Part shown: piece after piece, positions 26,341-39,644 of the stretch
Layout: every line of letters starts with the position of its first letter
How positions within the stretch are numbered: the first letter of the stretch is position 1
Assembly: GCA_001244265.2 (NCBI GenBank)
Contig: CDLV01000004.1
Coordinates: 3,534,001-3,598,000, forward strand
Length of the DNA: 64,000 nucleotides
Origin: Microbotryum violaceum
Lineage: Eukaryota
Reading direction: 5' to 3'
The notes under the pieces: generated by a model
The model's input: the letters and a program-made list of their open reading frames with translations, nothing else
The model's database searches: none
What the model was told of the DNA's origin: nothing
Program-made: the position numbers and the translations under genes

Positions 26341-29300
26341 TGTAAGGCCCGTGCGCCTGGGCCTTAGGAAGAGGGGACGCGCGCCTGGGCACTCTTAGTC
26401 TCTCTCCAGCGACTGATACGAGTGTCCAGGTGAGCACAAGGTGGATCAGAAGGCATTGTCATACCAGCGACTGATACGAGTGTCCAGTGTCAATTCTACA
26501 TACTTTGGTCCTGTGATCCTTGTCGTTGTTGCTCAGGTGTACACTCCAACGGGGTGTATTACACTTTTTTTTTCACACCGGTCAAAGACGCACACTGCCA
26601 CGTGCGCCAGCGACACACCCACGGAACGAACAAACGACAACGAACGGTAACAGACGAACATGGCGCGTGGCAAGAACTCCACCGCCCAACCAGCGCCACC
26701 ATCGGCACCAGAGGAAAGGGAGGACAGCTCGGACGATGAACAGGAGGTTGCAACGATGCCAAGGGGCATGAAGCTCAGCGCGCCCAAGCTTGCGAACGAA
26801 ACGAAGACGGCGAAAGCGGCTAAGAACGACACCCTCCATCAAATTGCGGAAAACTCAGAAGACGACATCTCAACGGACGAAGAAAACGAGTACGCCCCTC
26901 AGTTCATCTCCACCATTCCCATCACTCTGCACAACAACACGAAGTCAAAGACGTTGCAGGCACTTGCTGACTCTGGGGCCTCTTCCTCCTTTATCGCAGA
27001 TAAGGTGGTTGAGAAACTGGGGTTAGTCATGCATCGTCTCCCTGTTCCTACATTGGTCAAAACTGCAATCAAAGGTCAAGCACGCGCGTTTCATGTTACC
27101 TCGTTTGTAAAGATTCCGATCACGCTCGAGAATGGCGCATGGGAAGCGGGACACACGATTCTGAAGGTGGCTAAATTGCAGGAGCCCTTGGAAGTGGTAC
27201 TGGGGTTCAACTTCCTTGTAAAACACAAGGTTACCATCGACTTCGTGGCACACAAGATCTTGGTGCCACATCCGACCATGCCTGACGTAAAGATCGACCT
27301 TCTTGCGCCGGTCTTTGGACCCCACCCCCAGCGAGCCGCGGCGAGGAATGCCAAACGAAGCGATAAAGCTCGGATCAACTGGCGTGCAGTGATTGCCTAC
27401 ATCGACGGGGTCCAGCAAAGGGAAACGGAGTTGACGGAGTTGCGATGGCGGGAGGCAAAGCTACGGGTCGAGTTCGCGGATCGGTTCCCGGGGGATATTC
27501 CTCCGGTTTCGACGTATGAATCACCGGTCCGACACCGAATCGAGCTGAAGGACGGAGCAACAAAACCGAACTTGAAGGGTTATCGAGCGGCACACTGTTA
27601 CTGGGAAGCCTGGAAGCGCCTGATTGATCAGCACGTCGCCAATGGCCGCCTTCGAAAGTCGTCATCAGAGTTCGCATCCCCGGCGTTTGTCATCCCAAAG
27701 AAAGGTATGGATAAGGACCCGTCAATCCAACCACGCATGGTCTGTGACTACCGAGTACTCAACGAAGGGACGGTCCGAGATCGCACACCTCTACCACTTC
27801 CGGACAAGATTCTGTCGGTCTGCTCAAACGCGCGATTCTGGGGGAAGATCGACATGACAAACTCCTTCTTCCAAACCAAGATGGCCGAGGAAGACATCCG
27901 GAAGACGGCGATTGTGACACCGTGGAGATTGTACGAGTGGACGGTAATGCCAATGGGACTCTGCAACGCGCCAGCAACGCATCAGCGCCGAGTCAACGAG
28001 GCACTCGCAGACCTTATCGGGAGTGTGTGTTTCATGTACCTTGACGACATCACAATCTTTGCCGACGCCTTGGAGGAACATGAACGACGGGTGCGACTAG
28101 TCCTGGAGGCGCTGAGACGGGCGGATCTGTACGTATCGCCGAAGAAGACGGAACTGTTTGCTGCCGAGTGCTTTTTCCTCGGCCACCAGATCACTCGGGA
28201 AGGCATCAAGGTCGACCCCAACAAGGTGGAGCGAATCCAACAGTGGCCGCGACCAAGGACGGTGAAGCAATTGCGGGGATTCCTAGGTCTGGTGCAGTAT
28301 CTGCGGAAGTTCATCGACAAGCTTGCGGATTTGACGGCGGTTTTAGTCCCGCTGACACGGAAAGGGGTGCATGTCGACGAAGGCTGGACGGGAGAGCACG
28401 ACAAGGCGTTTGAGGCAATCAAGTCCTTGGTGGGCAACCTTCCTTCTCTACATCCCATTGACCATTCCGACAAGGGCGACCCATTATGGCTGATGACGGA
28501 CGCGAGCAATCGGGGAATCGGGGCGGCACTCAGTCAAGGAAAGCAATGGCAGACGGCCATGCCGGCAGGCTATTGGTCACGACAGTACAACCCAGCGGAA
28601 GGCAACTATGCAGCCCACGAGATGGAATTGCTTGCAATTGTGGACGCCCTTCATCACTGGCGGGCGGACCTTTTGGGTGTTCGATTCAAGATCCTCACAG
28701 ACCACCACTCCTTGGCGGGCTTCATGAAGCAACCAAGCCTTTCACAACGACAAGCTCAATGGACCGAACAACTGGCCGTTTACGACTTCGAGATTGTATA
28801 TGTACGAGGTCCAGAGAACACAGTGGCTGATGCATTGAGTTGTTACTCTTTCCCGGAGGAACCCACAGCCGGCCGCCAGGCGAGCGACAATGTCAACGTG
28901 CTGGCGGAGGCAACTCTCGATCCGGCCTTCCTTTGCAAACTCAGGGACGGTTACCGCAAGGACCCGCAATGTCAACAAGCTATCAAGAACATTGACTCAA
29001 CACCAGGCTACTCAGTCGACAATGGAATCGCACGGTTCAAAGGACGGATCCTCCTGCCAAAGACGGGGAACTTTTGGGAGGACGCGCTACATGACGCGCA
29101 TGATGCCGCAGGCCATTTTGGACTACACAAGACGTATGAACACCTACGCCGCAACTTTATCTGGTCGGGAATGAAGGATGCATGCAAAGATTACGTTGAG
29201 TCCTGTGCTGCTTGTCAGACAATGAAGATGCATGGCACCGGTTTTGCCGGTCGGATCCACAATTTGAATGTGCCTGACCGGCCAGGCCAATGCGGGAAGT

Positions 29301-30710
29301 TGGCCTAGACTTTGTCGGGCCACTTGTACCTAGCAATGGTAATGACGCACTGCTTACGGTAACAGATCGCCTTTCAGGCTACGTTCGCCTCATCCCCTGC
29401 CGCACGACGGACGACGCGACTACCATGGCGGACCGGTTCTTTGAGGGGTGGCATCGACACTTCGGCATGCCACGAGTGCTGGTCTCCGACCGCGTCAAGC
29501 TCTTCACAAGCGAGTTCTGGCGAGCGTACATGGGCCAGCTGGGAACGAAACTGGCAACATCGACGTCTTTCCACCCACAAACGGATGGCCGAAGCGAGCG
29601 AACAAATCGGACCGTGATCCCTTTCCACCCACAAACGGATGGCCGAAGCGAGCGAACAAATCGGACCGTGATCCAAGTCCTGCGAACAATGGTCAACCGA
29701 CGGCAAAATGACTGGTCAAAGCACTTGGCTACGGTGGAGTTTGTGATCAACTCCAGTATGAACAGGTCGACGGGGAAGACGCCATTTGAAGTGGTACTTG
29801 GGTTCATGCCGGAGCTGACGCCGATCACCCCAGTGGAGGGCTCAACCACGTCACAGGCAGTCAAATCCATTGTGGAACAACGTGAAGCAGCGGTTGCGGA
29901 AGCCCGAGACAATTTGGCAATTGCAAAGATCCGACAGGCCAACCAGAGCAACAAGGCGAGGAAACCGGAGCCCGGGTTTGCAGTTGGCGACATGGTCTTA
30001 GTTGACTTGCGGGATCGACGACTGCGGTACAAGGCCGATGGGGAAGCACGGTCAGCCAAACTCTTTCCCCGGTTTGACGGCCCCTACGAAGTCCTAGCAG
30101 CACGACCCGAAACCTCAAATTACAAGCTGAAGCTCAAGGCGGGGGACAAGTCGCACAACGTCTTCCACGCCTCCAAGCTCCGACGCTGGGTAAAGAACAA
30201 TGGGGTGGTGTTCCCAGGACGAGAGGCAACGGAACCAGCGGCCATTATCGTCCAAGGAAACGAGGAGTGGGAGGTAGAACGGATTGTGGACGAAAAGGGG
30301 AAGGGGTCAAGGAAGAGGTTCTTGGTGAAATGGAAGGGGTGGGCAGACAGCGACAACACATGGGAGCCATGCTCACACCTGGAAGACACCGCAGCGTTGG
30401 AAGAGTGGGAGAGTGGGAAGGCGGGGGAGGACAAGGCAAGGAGGGGAGGGTGTAAGGAGGGAGGGGAGTTTGGTTTAGGTGGTGGAGAGTGTAAGGCCCA
30501 TGCGCCTGGGCCTTAGGAAGAGGGGACGCGCGCCTGGGCACTCTTAGTCTCTCCAGCGACTGATACGAATGTCCAGGTGAGCACAAGGTGGATCAGAAGG
30601 CATTGTCATACCAGCGACTGATACGAGTGTCCAGTGTCAATTCTACATACTTTGGTCCTGTGATCCTTGTTGTCGTCGCTCAGGTGTACACTCCAACGGG
30701 GTGTATTACA
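26341..30710 (+). mobile_element. Chromodomain-bearing Ty3/Gypsy LTR retrotransposon, gag-deleted, no TSD
   Basis: LTRs TG..CA at 26341-26563 and 30490-30710 (the 3' LTR may begin at 30451, right after the PPT). Flanks TGCGC and ATAGA do not match. Confidence 0.92.
26660..30516 (+). pseudogene. Gypsy pol (PR-RT-RH-INT-chromodomain) with a frameshift near 29290
   Basis: LADSGAS, YLDD, TDAS, HHCC zinc finger, LDFVGPL, TDGRSER and chromodomain [20 protein letters not shown]. Confidence 0.9.
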
Positions 30711-33700
30711 ATAGAGAGTGATGATAGCAAACAAAGTGCCCGAATGTTTGATGTAGAGGCAAGCATCAGCAGTTGCCCTCATGTAGCCTCGAGACACCAT
30801 GAGATTGTTGACGGCTCAATACCATTCACGGGGCGCCTGTTTGGTGCCATACATGGAACCCACGAGCTTGAGGCACTTGCCAGGGGATTGAGGACGATTC
30901 CATCCTTTTGGGTATTGAACATAGACATCCTTGGTCATCTTGCCGTTGAGAAAGGCGCAGTCAAAATCGAACTGTTTGAGATACAGGCCCTGAGCAGCAG
31001 CCAGAGCAATCAAGAACAAAATTGTCGAAGAACGAGCGACAGGAGCGTAGGTGTCATGGTTGTCGATGCCTGGGCGTTGAGCAAATCCTTGAGCAACGAG
31101 ACGAGCTTTGAAACGAATGATTTTGCCATTTGCATCGCGCTTGATACTGTAGACCCAGATCGTGCCGAGTACCCGAATCCCTTTGTGCCACTTGACTTCC
31201 TGAAAGACTCCATGATGATCGAATTGTAGAAGTTCTGAGACCATTGCCGCACTCCAATGGTTGCAATTGGGTGACTTCATGGCTTCCTCAAATGTCTTGG
31301 GTATCTCAATGTCTTCTTTGGCAAACACGGCAGCACAGTAGGCATTGTAGGAAAGCTTGTTGTGGGACATGGTTGGAGTATCCAAGACATTGACCATGAT
31401 AGCCAAAATGATGGGAAGTATATTTTCCGGAGGTTGAGGTCGACGACAAGAACCAGCAGGAAGGATGTTGGAAGGATCAACATTCTCGAATTGGCCAGGA
31501 TTTGGACCAGTGCAAACAATGGTGTAACCTTCATGAGGAGCGAGAGTGACTTCTGCCTCACCGTCGAGTGGTTCTTTTGCGTCATGATAGTTATCAGGTC
31601 CATTGTTGTTGTCATTGTCGTCATCCTTACAAGGAACGACTGCAAGATACCCCCCTGTTGACCAACTCCAATTGGAACCACCGGAGGAGGCTGTGGATCC
31701 GGCAAAGTTGGATCCACAACAGGTGAAGTTGGTGTAGATGGCAATACATCTGGCGGAGGATGAGGAGGTTGAGAATGATGAACAGGATCAGAAGCGTCCG
31801 CACAATCTTGAGACGAAGTGACAACGGAAGGAGTCTCAAGGAATGTGACGTGACGCGAAACGTAGACCCGTTTTGACAATTGGACCCAGACACGGTAGTT
31901 GTATTCACCGGAGTACCCGATGAAAACTCCCTGACTGGAGCGAGGTGCAAGCTTGGAGCGACGCTCCTTCGGAACGTGGACAAACGCCGTAGATCCGAAT
32001 GGCTGAAGATGAGCAAGACTAGGCTTCTTGCCGAGAAGAGCTTCGATTGCCGTTTTTCCTTGAATACGAGGATGTGGTCAACGATTGAGAACAAATGTTG
32101 CGACGGCCAGAGCATCTGACCAGAATCACATGGGAAGACCGGAGTCGAGGAGCATTGATCAAACGAGACCCATGAGAGATCCATTGAGTCGCTCTACTTG
32201 ACCATTTTGCTCCGGAGTATAGGGGGCCGTGAATTCCACAATGATGCCCTGCTTTTCAAGAAGAGCCCGGAACAATGAGTTGTCGAATTCATGACCATTG
32301 TCCGATCTGACCCTCTTGATTTTCTGACCGGTTTGATGCTCGGACTCGGCTTGAAATTTCGACCATGCTTCGATAATTGTCTCAGCCCTCTTGTCCTTTA
32401 GCACGATCGTCCATTTAGCCGTCGAATACTGATCCACAATAGCGAGATAGATAGTATCGCCATGGTGATTGGGATGTTTGACAAACCCAAGATTGATGAA
32501 GACGCGGTAGAGTGCATGAGACGCTTCGGTACTCTTGTTGGAGAAGGGTGATCACTTTGACTTGGCCTGGATGCACGAAAAGCAAGGAGTAACCTTTTTG
32601 TCCTTCAGAGTGATGCCAGTGATAGCCCCGGGTTTGACGGCCAAAACGATCGCCGCAGGAGATTGATGGCCCAACTTCCGATGTGCTTCCATCAACGTAC
32701 AGGTTCCAGTGAGACGATTAGCTCCGACCATTGAAGGCGGTGAGGATGACATGATAGGCTGAACGGGAGCTGCATCCATGACAAACCCCCAACCAGGAAG
32801 CGAGCGCAGAATTGACTTGCCGCGGATGCTGAAAATGAGATTGCTTTGGGGACCAACAGCGTACGTCATCGATTCCAACAGACGGTCGATGGAGATAAAA
32901 CCGCATTGAGCACCGGGCATGTAGTAGACCCTCTTAATGGTGATACGAGCGCCATATGAGGTAAGAAACGTCACTGAGCCATGACCGGGAGATTCGATTT
33001 GAGATTGATCGGCGACAGAAATTTTGAGAGGCTCAGAGACAACGTCCGATAGGACCGACTTGTCTCCAACGCAATGGACCTTAGCACCCGAGTCAATGAT
33101 CCATGGAAAACGTGGCATCGTTCGCGAATAAGGGAAAGTGTAGGTCATCAATGCAGATTCATCTACACCAATGGCAGCTACGTTCGAATTTGAGTCCGAG
33201 GAAGCGGGAGCGCTCACATCCTTGTTCCTGCTTGGACAGAGACGCCAACCACGCTCGTGTCCCAGTGCTTTGCAGCGCGAACAATACGACTTGGAGTAGT
33301 CCTTTTGCGCCGTGGTGGAAATACGGGTGACGAGGCTAGTATTGTCAATGATCCGAGCGGATAACAATTCCTTTTGTTTGTTTCGGGAATCAGCCATTTC
33401 GACGTTCATCAGGAGTTTCGGATAGAACGTGTTCCAATCCATGTGGATGTCGATGTCGGAGGCAAGGTTCCCAACGATCGAGTCATACTGGGCTGGGAGC
33501 GACCGAACGAGCATGCCTGCAAACAGCCAATGCGGAAGCGGAGCTCCGAGGTTCTGAAAATCGGTCATGGCGATCTTGACCTTGTTGACGAATTCCTTAA
33601 AAGGAATATTCCCAGAGTAAGGTTGCGCTAGAGTGTTGAGGAGGTCCATAGTGCGACTCGGGCGACCGTGAGAGTGGAGACCACGGAGGGTGTCCCACAT

Positions 33701-34326
33701 CTTGTACGCCGAGGTAAGATGAATCAAGTGAGACATCTGTTCCTCAGAGATCGAATTGGCGATGTACTTGCATGCCAAATCGTTGCGGCGGATGCCCCGT
33801 TCGCGATATTCCACGACCTTGTCCGCAACTTGAACACTGGTGAGCCTGGGCGAGGCGTCCGAGTGCGCAGAACCAGAGCCCCCCCCCCAAGCCCGCTAAA
33901 GCCGGAGGAGGCTGGTTCAACTGGCGTGACGGACGCAGTTGCATGTGTGATAACGAGCGTGGACCAATAGTCCGCGACAAGGGAGTCGATGGATTGATCG
34001 ACAACATCCCATACTTTGTCGGCTCAAAGATTGATAAACGCACGTTGTGACCAGCTCTTGTACCCTTGTGTGTCCTTGAGATACAAGCGATTGCCCAACC
34101 TGTTGGGAAGTCGGATTCGCCTATTGAGCTCATAACCTGTTGCAACAAGGACTAAGAGGTACTCCACGACTCAGCTCCGAGATACACGAGTGAGATGATG
34201 AGAATAGCGTGGAGAAGGAACACAGAAGGAAAAAAGACGCAAAGACAAAGATAGGCGCGCGCGCAGAATAAAGTATTAACCAAGATCAATAGCAATGAGT
34301 TAGGCTCTCAGACCCCACTTCTAACA
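30711..34326 (-). mobile_element. Ty1/Copia, 5' part (inverted duplicate arm), truncated at the YVDD codon by the Gypsy LTR
   Basis: LTR 34138-34326, PBS GGTTATGAG, gag-PR ORF 32552-33814, INT and RT pieces. It is the reverse complement of 34924-38490. Confidence 0.92.
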
Positions 34327-34923
34327 CAAGTAACTGACCGGTTGGACTGTAACATCACAAGGGATCCGAAGCAATGCCATCTCGTCATTCCCAAGGCATC
34401 GCCTACACAAATCGTCGATTTCGTTGATGCTTCGGGAGGGACAGGCAAAACATTCTCGGAAGAAACGGTCCTTGGAATTGGCCAGAGGGAAAATACGCTC
34501 TTGCCGTTGCATCATCGGGTTATTGCTGCACTGCTACTGCCAAAAGGCAGAACGGCACATTCACGGTTCAAGATCCCGATCGACATCTTCGACAACTTTA
34601 CATGCAATGTTCCGAAACAAGGACAGCTCGCTGACCATTTTCGGATGTGCGACTTGATCATCCGGGACGAGGCACTGATGCAGCACCGTCGATGTTTCCA
34701 GCTGGTGGACAGGATGTTGCAAGATGTGCGATCGTCAACGGCTCGGTTTGGTGGACTGACCGTCGTGTTGGCAGGTGTGTGCCAATCTTTCAACAGTACA
34801 GCGCAAGGCAACATGACTGACTGACGGGTTGGGCTGTAACATCACAGGGGACAAGTTTTCTCAAGATGCCTTCCCCGTTATTTCCAAGACATTGCCTGCA
34901 CAAATCGTCGACGCTTGCATCAT
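34327..34923 (+). pseudogene. Helitron PIF1-type helicase fragment
   Basis: GGTGKTF, AALLLPKGRTAHSRFKIPI, IIRDEALM, FGGLTVVLAG, intron, GD..Q..PVI. Confidence 0.85.
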
Positions 34924-37900
34924 ATACTTTATTCTGCGCGCGCGCCTATCTTTGTCTTTGCGTCTTTTTTCCTTCTGTGTTCCTTCTCCACGCTATTCTC
35001 ATCATCTCACTCGTGTATCTCGGAGCTGAGTCGTGGAGTACCTCTTAGTCCTTGTTGCAACAGGTTATGAGCTCAATAGGCGAATCCGACTTCCCCAACA
35101 GGTTGGGCAATCGCTTGTATCTCAAGGACACACAAGGGTACAAGAGCTGGTCACAACGTGCGTTTATCAATCTTTGAGCCGACAAAGTATGGGATGTTGT
35201 CAATCAATCCATCGACTCCCTTGTCGCGGACTATTGGTCCACGCTCGTTATCACACATGCAACTGCGTCCGTCACGCCAGTTGAACCAGCCTCCTCCGGC
35301 TTTAGCGGGCTTGGGGGGGGGCTCTGGTTCTGCGCACTCGGACGCCTCGCCCAGGCTCACCAGTGTTCAAGTTGCGGACAAGGTTGTGGAATATCGCGAA
35401 CGGGGCATCCGCCGCAACGATTTGGCATGCAAGTACATCGCCAATTCGATCTCTGAGGAACAGATGTCTCACTTGATTCATCTTACCTCGGCGTACAAGA
35501 TGTGGGACACCCTCCGTGGTCTCCACTCTCACGGTCGCCCGAGTCGCACTATGGACCTCCTCAACACTCTAGCGCAACCTTACTCTGGGAATATTCCTTT
35601 TAAGGAATTCGTCAACAAGGTCAAGATCGCCATGACCGATTTTCAGAACCTCGGAGCTCCGCTTCCGCATTGGCTGTTTGCAGGCATGCTCGTTCGGTCG
35701 CTCCCAGCCCAGTATGACTCGATCGTTGGGAACCTTGCCTCCGACATCGACATCCACATGGATTGGAACACGTTCTATCCGAAACTCCTGATGAACGTCG
35801 AAATGGCTGATTCCCGAAACAAACAAAAGGAATTGTTATCCGCTCGGATCATTGACAATACTAGCCTCGTCACCCGTATTTCCACCACGGCGCAAAAGGA
35901 CTACTCCAAGTCGTATTGTTCGCGCTGCAAAGCACTGGGACACGAGCGTGGTTGGCGTCTCTGTCCAAGCAGGAACAAGGATGTGAGCGCTCCCGCTTCC
36001 TCGGACTCAAATTCGAACGTAGCTGCCATTGGTGTAGATGAATCTGCATTGATGACCTACACTTTCCCTTATTCGCGAACGATGCCACGTTTTCCATGGA
36101 TCATTGACTCGGGTGCTAAGGTCCATTGCGTTGGAGACAAGTCGGTCCTATCGGACGTTGTCTCTGAGCCTCTCAAAATTTCTGTCGCCGATCAATCTCA
36201 AATCGAATCTCCCGGTCATGGCTCAGTGACGTTTCTTACCTCATATGGCGCTCGTATCACCATTAAGAGGGTCTACTACATGCCCGGTGCTCAATGCGGT
36301 TTTATCTCCATCGACCGTCTGTTGGAATCGATGACGTACGCTGTTGGTCCCCAAAGCAATCTCATTTTCAGCATCCGCGGCAAGTCAATTCTGCGCTCGC
36401 TTCCTGGTTGGGGGTTTGTCATGGATGCAGCTCCCGTTCAGCCTATCATGTCATCCTCACCGCCTTCAATGGTCGGAGCTAATCGTCTCACTGGAACCTG
36501 TACGTTGATGGAAGCACATCGGAAGTTGGGCCATCAATCTCCTGCGGCGATCGTTTTGGCCGTCAAACCCGGGGCTATCACTGGCATCACTCTGAAGGAC
36601 AAAAAGGTTACTCCTTGCTTTTCGTGCATCCAGGCCAAGTCAAAGTGATCACCCTTCTCCAACAAGAGTACCGAAGCGTCTCATGCACTCTACCGCGTCT
36701 TCATCAATCTTGGGTTTGTCAAACATCCCAATCACCATGGCGATACTATCTATCTCGCTATTGTGGATCAGTATTCGACGGCTAAATGGACGATCGTGCT
36801 AAAGGACAAGAGGGCTGAGACAATTATCGAAGCATGGTCGAAATTTCAAGCCGAGTCCGAGCATCAAACCGGTCAGAAAATCAAGAGGGTCAGATCGGAC
36901 AATGGTCATGAATTCGACAACTCATTGTTCCGGGCTCTTCTTGAAAAGCAGGGCATCATTGTGGAATTCACGGCCCCCTATACTCCGGAGCAAAATGGTC
37001 AAGTAGAGCGACTCAATGGATCTCTCATGGGTCTCGTTTGATCAATGCTCCTCGACTCCGGTCTTCCCATGTGATTCTGGTCAGATGCTCTGGCCGTCGC
37101 AACATTTGTTCTCAATCGTTGACCACATCCTCGTATTCAAGGAAAAACGGCAATCGAAGCTCTTCTCGGCAAGAAGCCTAGTCTTGCTCATCTTCAGCCA
37201 TTCGGATCTACGGCGTTTGTCCACGTTCCGAAGGAGCGTCGCTCCAAGCTTGCACCTCGCTCCAGTCAGGGAGTTTTCATCGGGTACTCCGGTGAATACA
37301 ACTACCGTGTCTGGGTCCAATTGTCAAAACGGGTCTACGTTTCGCGTCACGTCACATTCCTTGAGACTCCTTCCGTTGTCACTTCGTCTCAAGATTGTGC
37401 GGACGCTTCTGATCCTGTTCATCATTCTCAACCTCCTCATCCTCCGCCAGATGTATTGCCATCTACACCAACTTCACCTGTTGTGGATCCAACTTTGCCG
37501 GATCCACAGCCTCCTCCGGTGGTTCCAATTGGAGTTGGTCAACAGGGGGGGTATCTTGCAGTCGTTCCTTGTAAGGATGACGACAATGACAACAACAATG
37601 GACCTGATAACTATCATGACGCAAAAGAACCACTCGACGGTGAGGCAGAAGTCACTCTCGCTCCTCATGAAGGTTACACCATTGTTTGCACTGGTCCAAA
37701 TCCTGGCCAATTCGAGAATGTTGATCCTTCCAACATCCTTCCTGCTGGTTCTTGTCGTCGACCTCAACCTCCGGAAAATATACTTCCCATCATTTTGGCT
37801 ATCATGGTCAATGTCTTGGATACTCTACCCATGTCCCACAACAAGCTTTCCTACAATGCCTACTGTGCTGCCGTGTTTGCCAAAGAAGACATTGAGATAC

Positions 37901-39644
37901 CCAAGACATTTGAGGAAGCCATGAAGTCACCCAATTGCAACCATTGGAGTGCGGCAATGGTCTCAGAACTTCTACAATTCGATCATCATGGAGTCTTTCA
38001 GGAAGTCAAGTGGCACAAAGGGATTCGGGTACTCGGCACGATCTGGGTCTACAGTATCAAGCGCGATGCAAATGGCAAAATCATTCGTTTCAAAGCTCGT
38101 CTCGTTGCTCAAGGATTTGCTCAACGCCCAGGCATCGACAACCATGACACCTACGCTCCTGTCGCTCGTTCTTCGACAATTTTGTTCTTGATTGCTCTGG
38201 CTGCTGCTCAAGGCCTGTATCTCAAACAGTTCGATTTTGACTGCGCCTTTCTCAACGGCAAGATGACCAAGGATGTCTATGTTCGATACCCAAAAGGATG
38301 GAATCGTCCTCAATCCCCTGGCAAGTGCCTCAAGCTCGTGGGTTCCATGTATGGCACCAAACAGGCGCCCCGTGAATGGTATTGAGCCGTCAACAATCTC
38401 ATGGTGTCTCGAGGCTACATGAGGGCAACTGCTGATGCTTGCCTCTACATCAAACATTCGGGCACTTTGTTTGCTATCATCACTCTCTATGTTGACGACG
38501 GTCTCATCACGTCCAACAATCAGTCCTTCTTGGACTCCGCTCGGATCGCTTTACAAGGCCTTCCAGCTCAAGCGTGTCGGACCCGTCTCCTACTTCCTGG
38601 GCTTCGAAATTCATCGCATCAAAGATTACATCCTCGTTCACCAAAGCAAGTATGTCCGCACTATGCTCGAGAAGTTCGATTTCGCTTCTCCATCCAAGCG
38701 CCGTGCAGTCACGCCCATGGACGATCACCCCTCGCTTCGAATCGATGCTACTCCGTTTGCCGATGTGTCATTGTACCAATCGGCTGTGGGTTCCCTGCAG
38801 TACGCGTCCACTTGATTTTGACCCGATATTGCGATTGCTGTTCGTGCCGTTGCTCAAAAGAACTCCTGTCCAACTGTCAACGATTGGGCTGCGGTCAAGC
38901 GTATATTTCGCTACCTCAACAGCACCATCGATTTGGGAATTCTTTATCGAAACAGTTCCACAACTCGATTGATGGTCTACTCCGATGCCTTGTTTGCGGA
39001 TGACCCGGAATCTCGCAGATCGGTGGGAGCCTATGCATCAATGTTCGCTGGCGGCGTTATCTCCTGGCAGTCGAAGCAACAATCTATGATCGCTACATCC
39101 ACTACCGAAGCCGAAATCCTCTCTGCATCCTCAGCCACTTGTGAAGCAATCTGGCTCCGTTGTTTGACTGGTGATGTCGGCATTCCACAAGCACAGCCTA
39201 CTATCATTCAAGAGGACAACGCCGCATGCATCCAAATCGCCAAGGATCCGGTCGATCACATGCGAACCAAGCACTTCGACATTGCTCATTTGTTCGTTTG
39301 AGACCGGGTTGCTTCTGGCAAGGTCGAACTTGAATACTGCCCTACCCACGTCAATGCCGCGGATATTATGACGAAGCCTTTGGGACTTCAACGTTTTGAT
39401 CAACTTTGTGCGCTACTTGGAATGGTCTCGTTAGTCTCTTTGACCGGTGGGAGTGTTAGAAGTGGGGTCTGAGAGCCTAACTCATTGCTATTAGTCTTGG
39501 TTAATACTTTATTCTGCGCGCGCGCCTATCTTTGTCTTTGCGTCTTTTTTTTCCTTCTGGGTTCCTTCTCCACGCTATTCTCATCATCTCACTCGTGTAT
39601 CTCGGAGCTGAGGCGTGGAGTACCTCTTAGTCCTTGTTGCAATA
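34924..39644 (+). mobile_element. Ty1/Copia LTR retrotransposon, inactivated, 5' LTR truncated
   Basis: Partial LTR 34924-35062, PBS 35063-35072, CCHC gag, WIIDSGA protease, VRSDNG/QNGQVER integrase, KARLVAQG/YVDD RT, RNase H and 3' LTR 39454-39644. Multiple in-frame stops. Confidence 0.93.
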
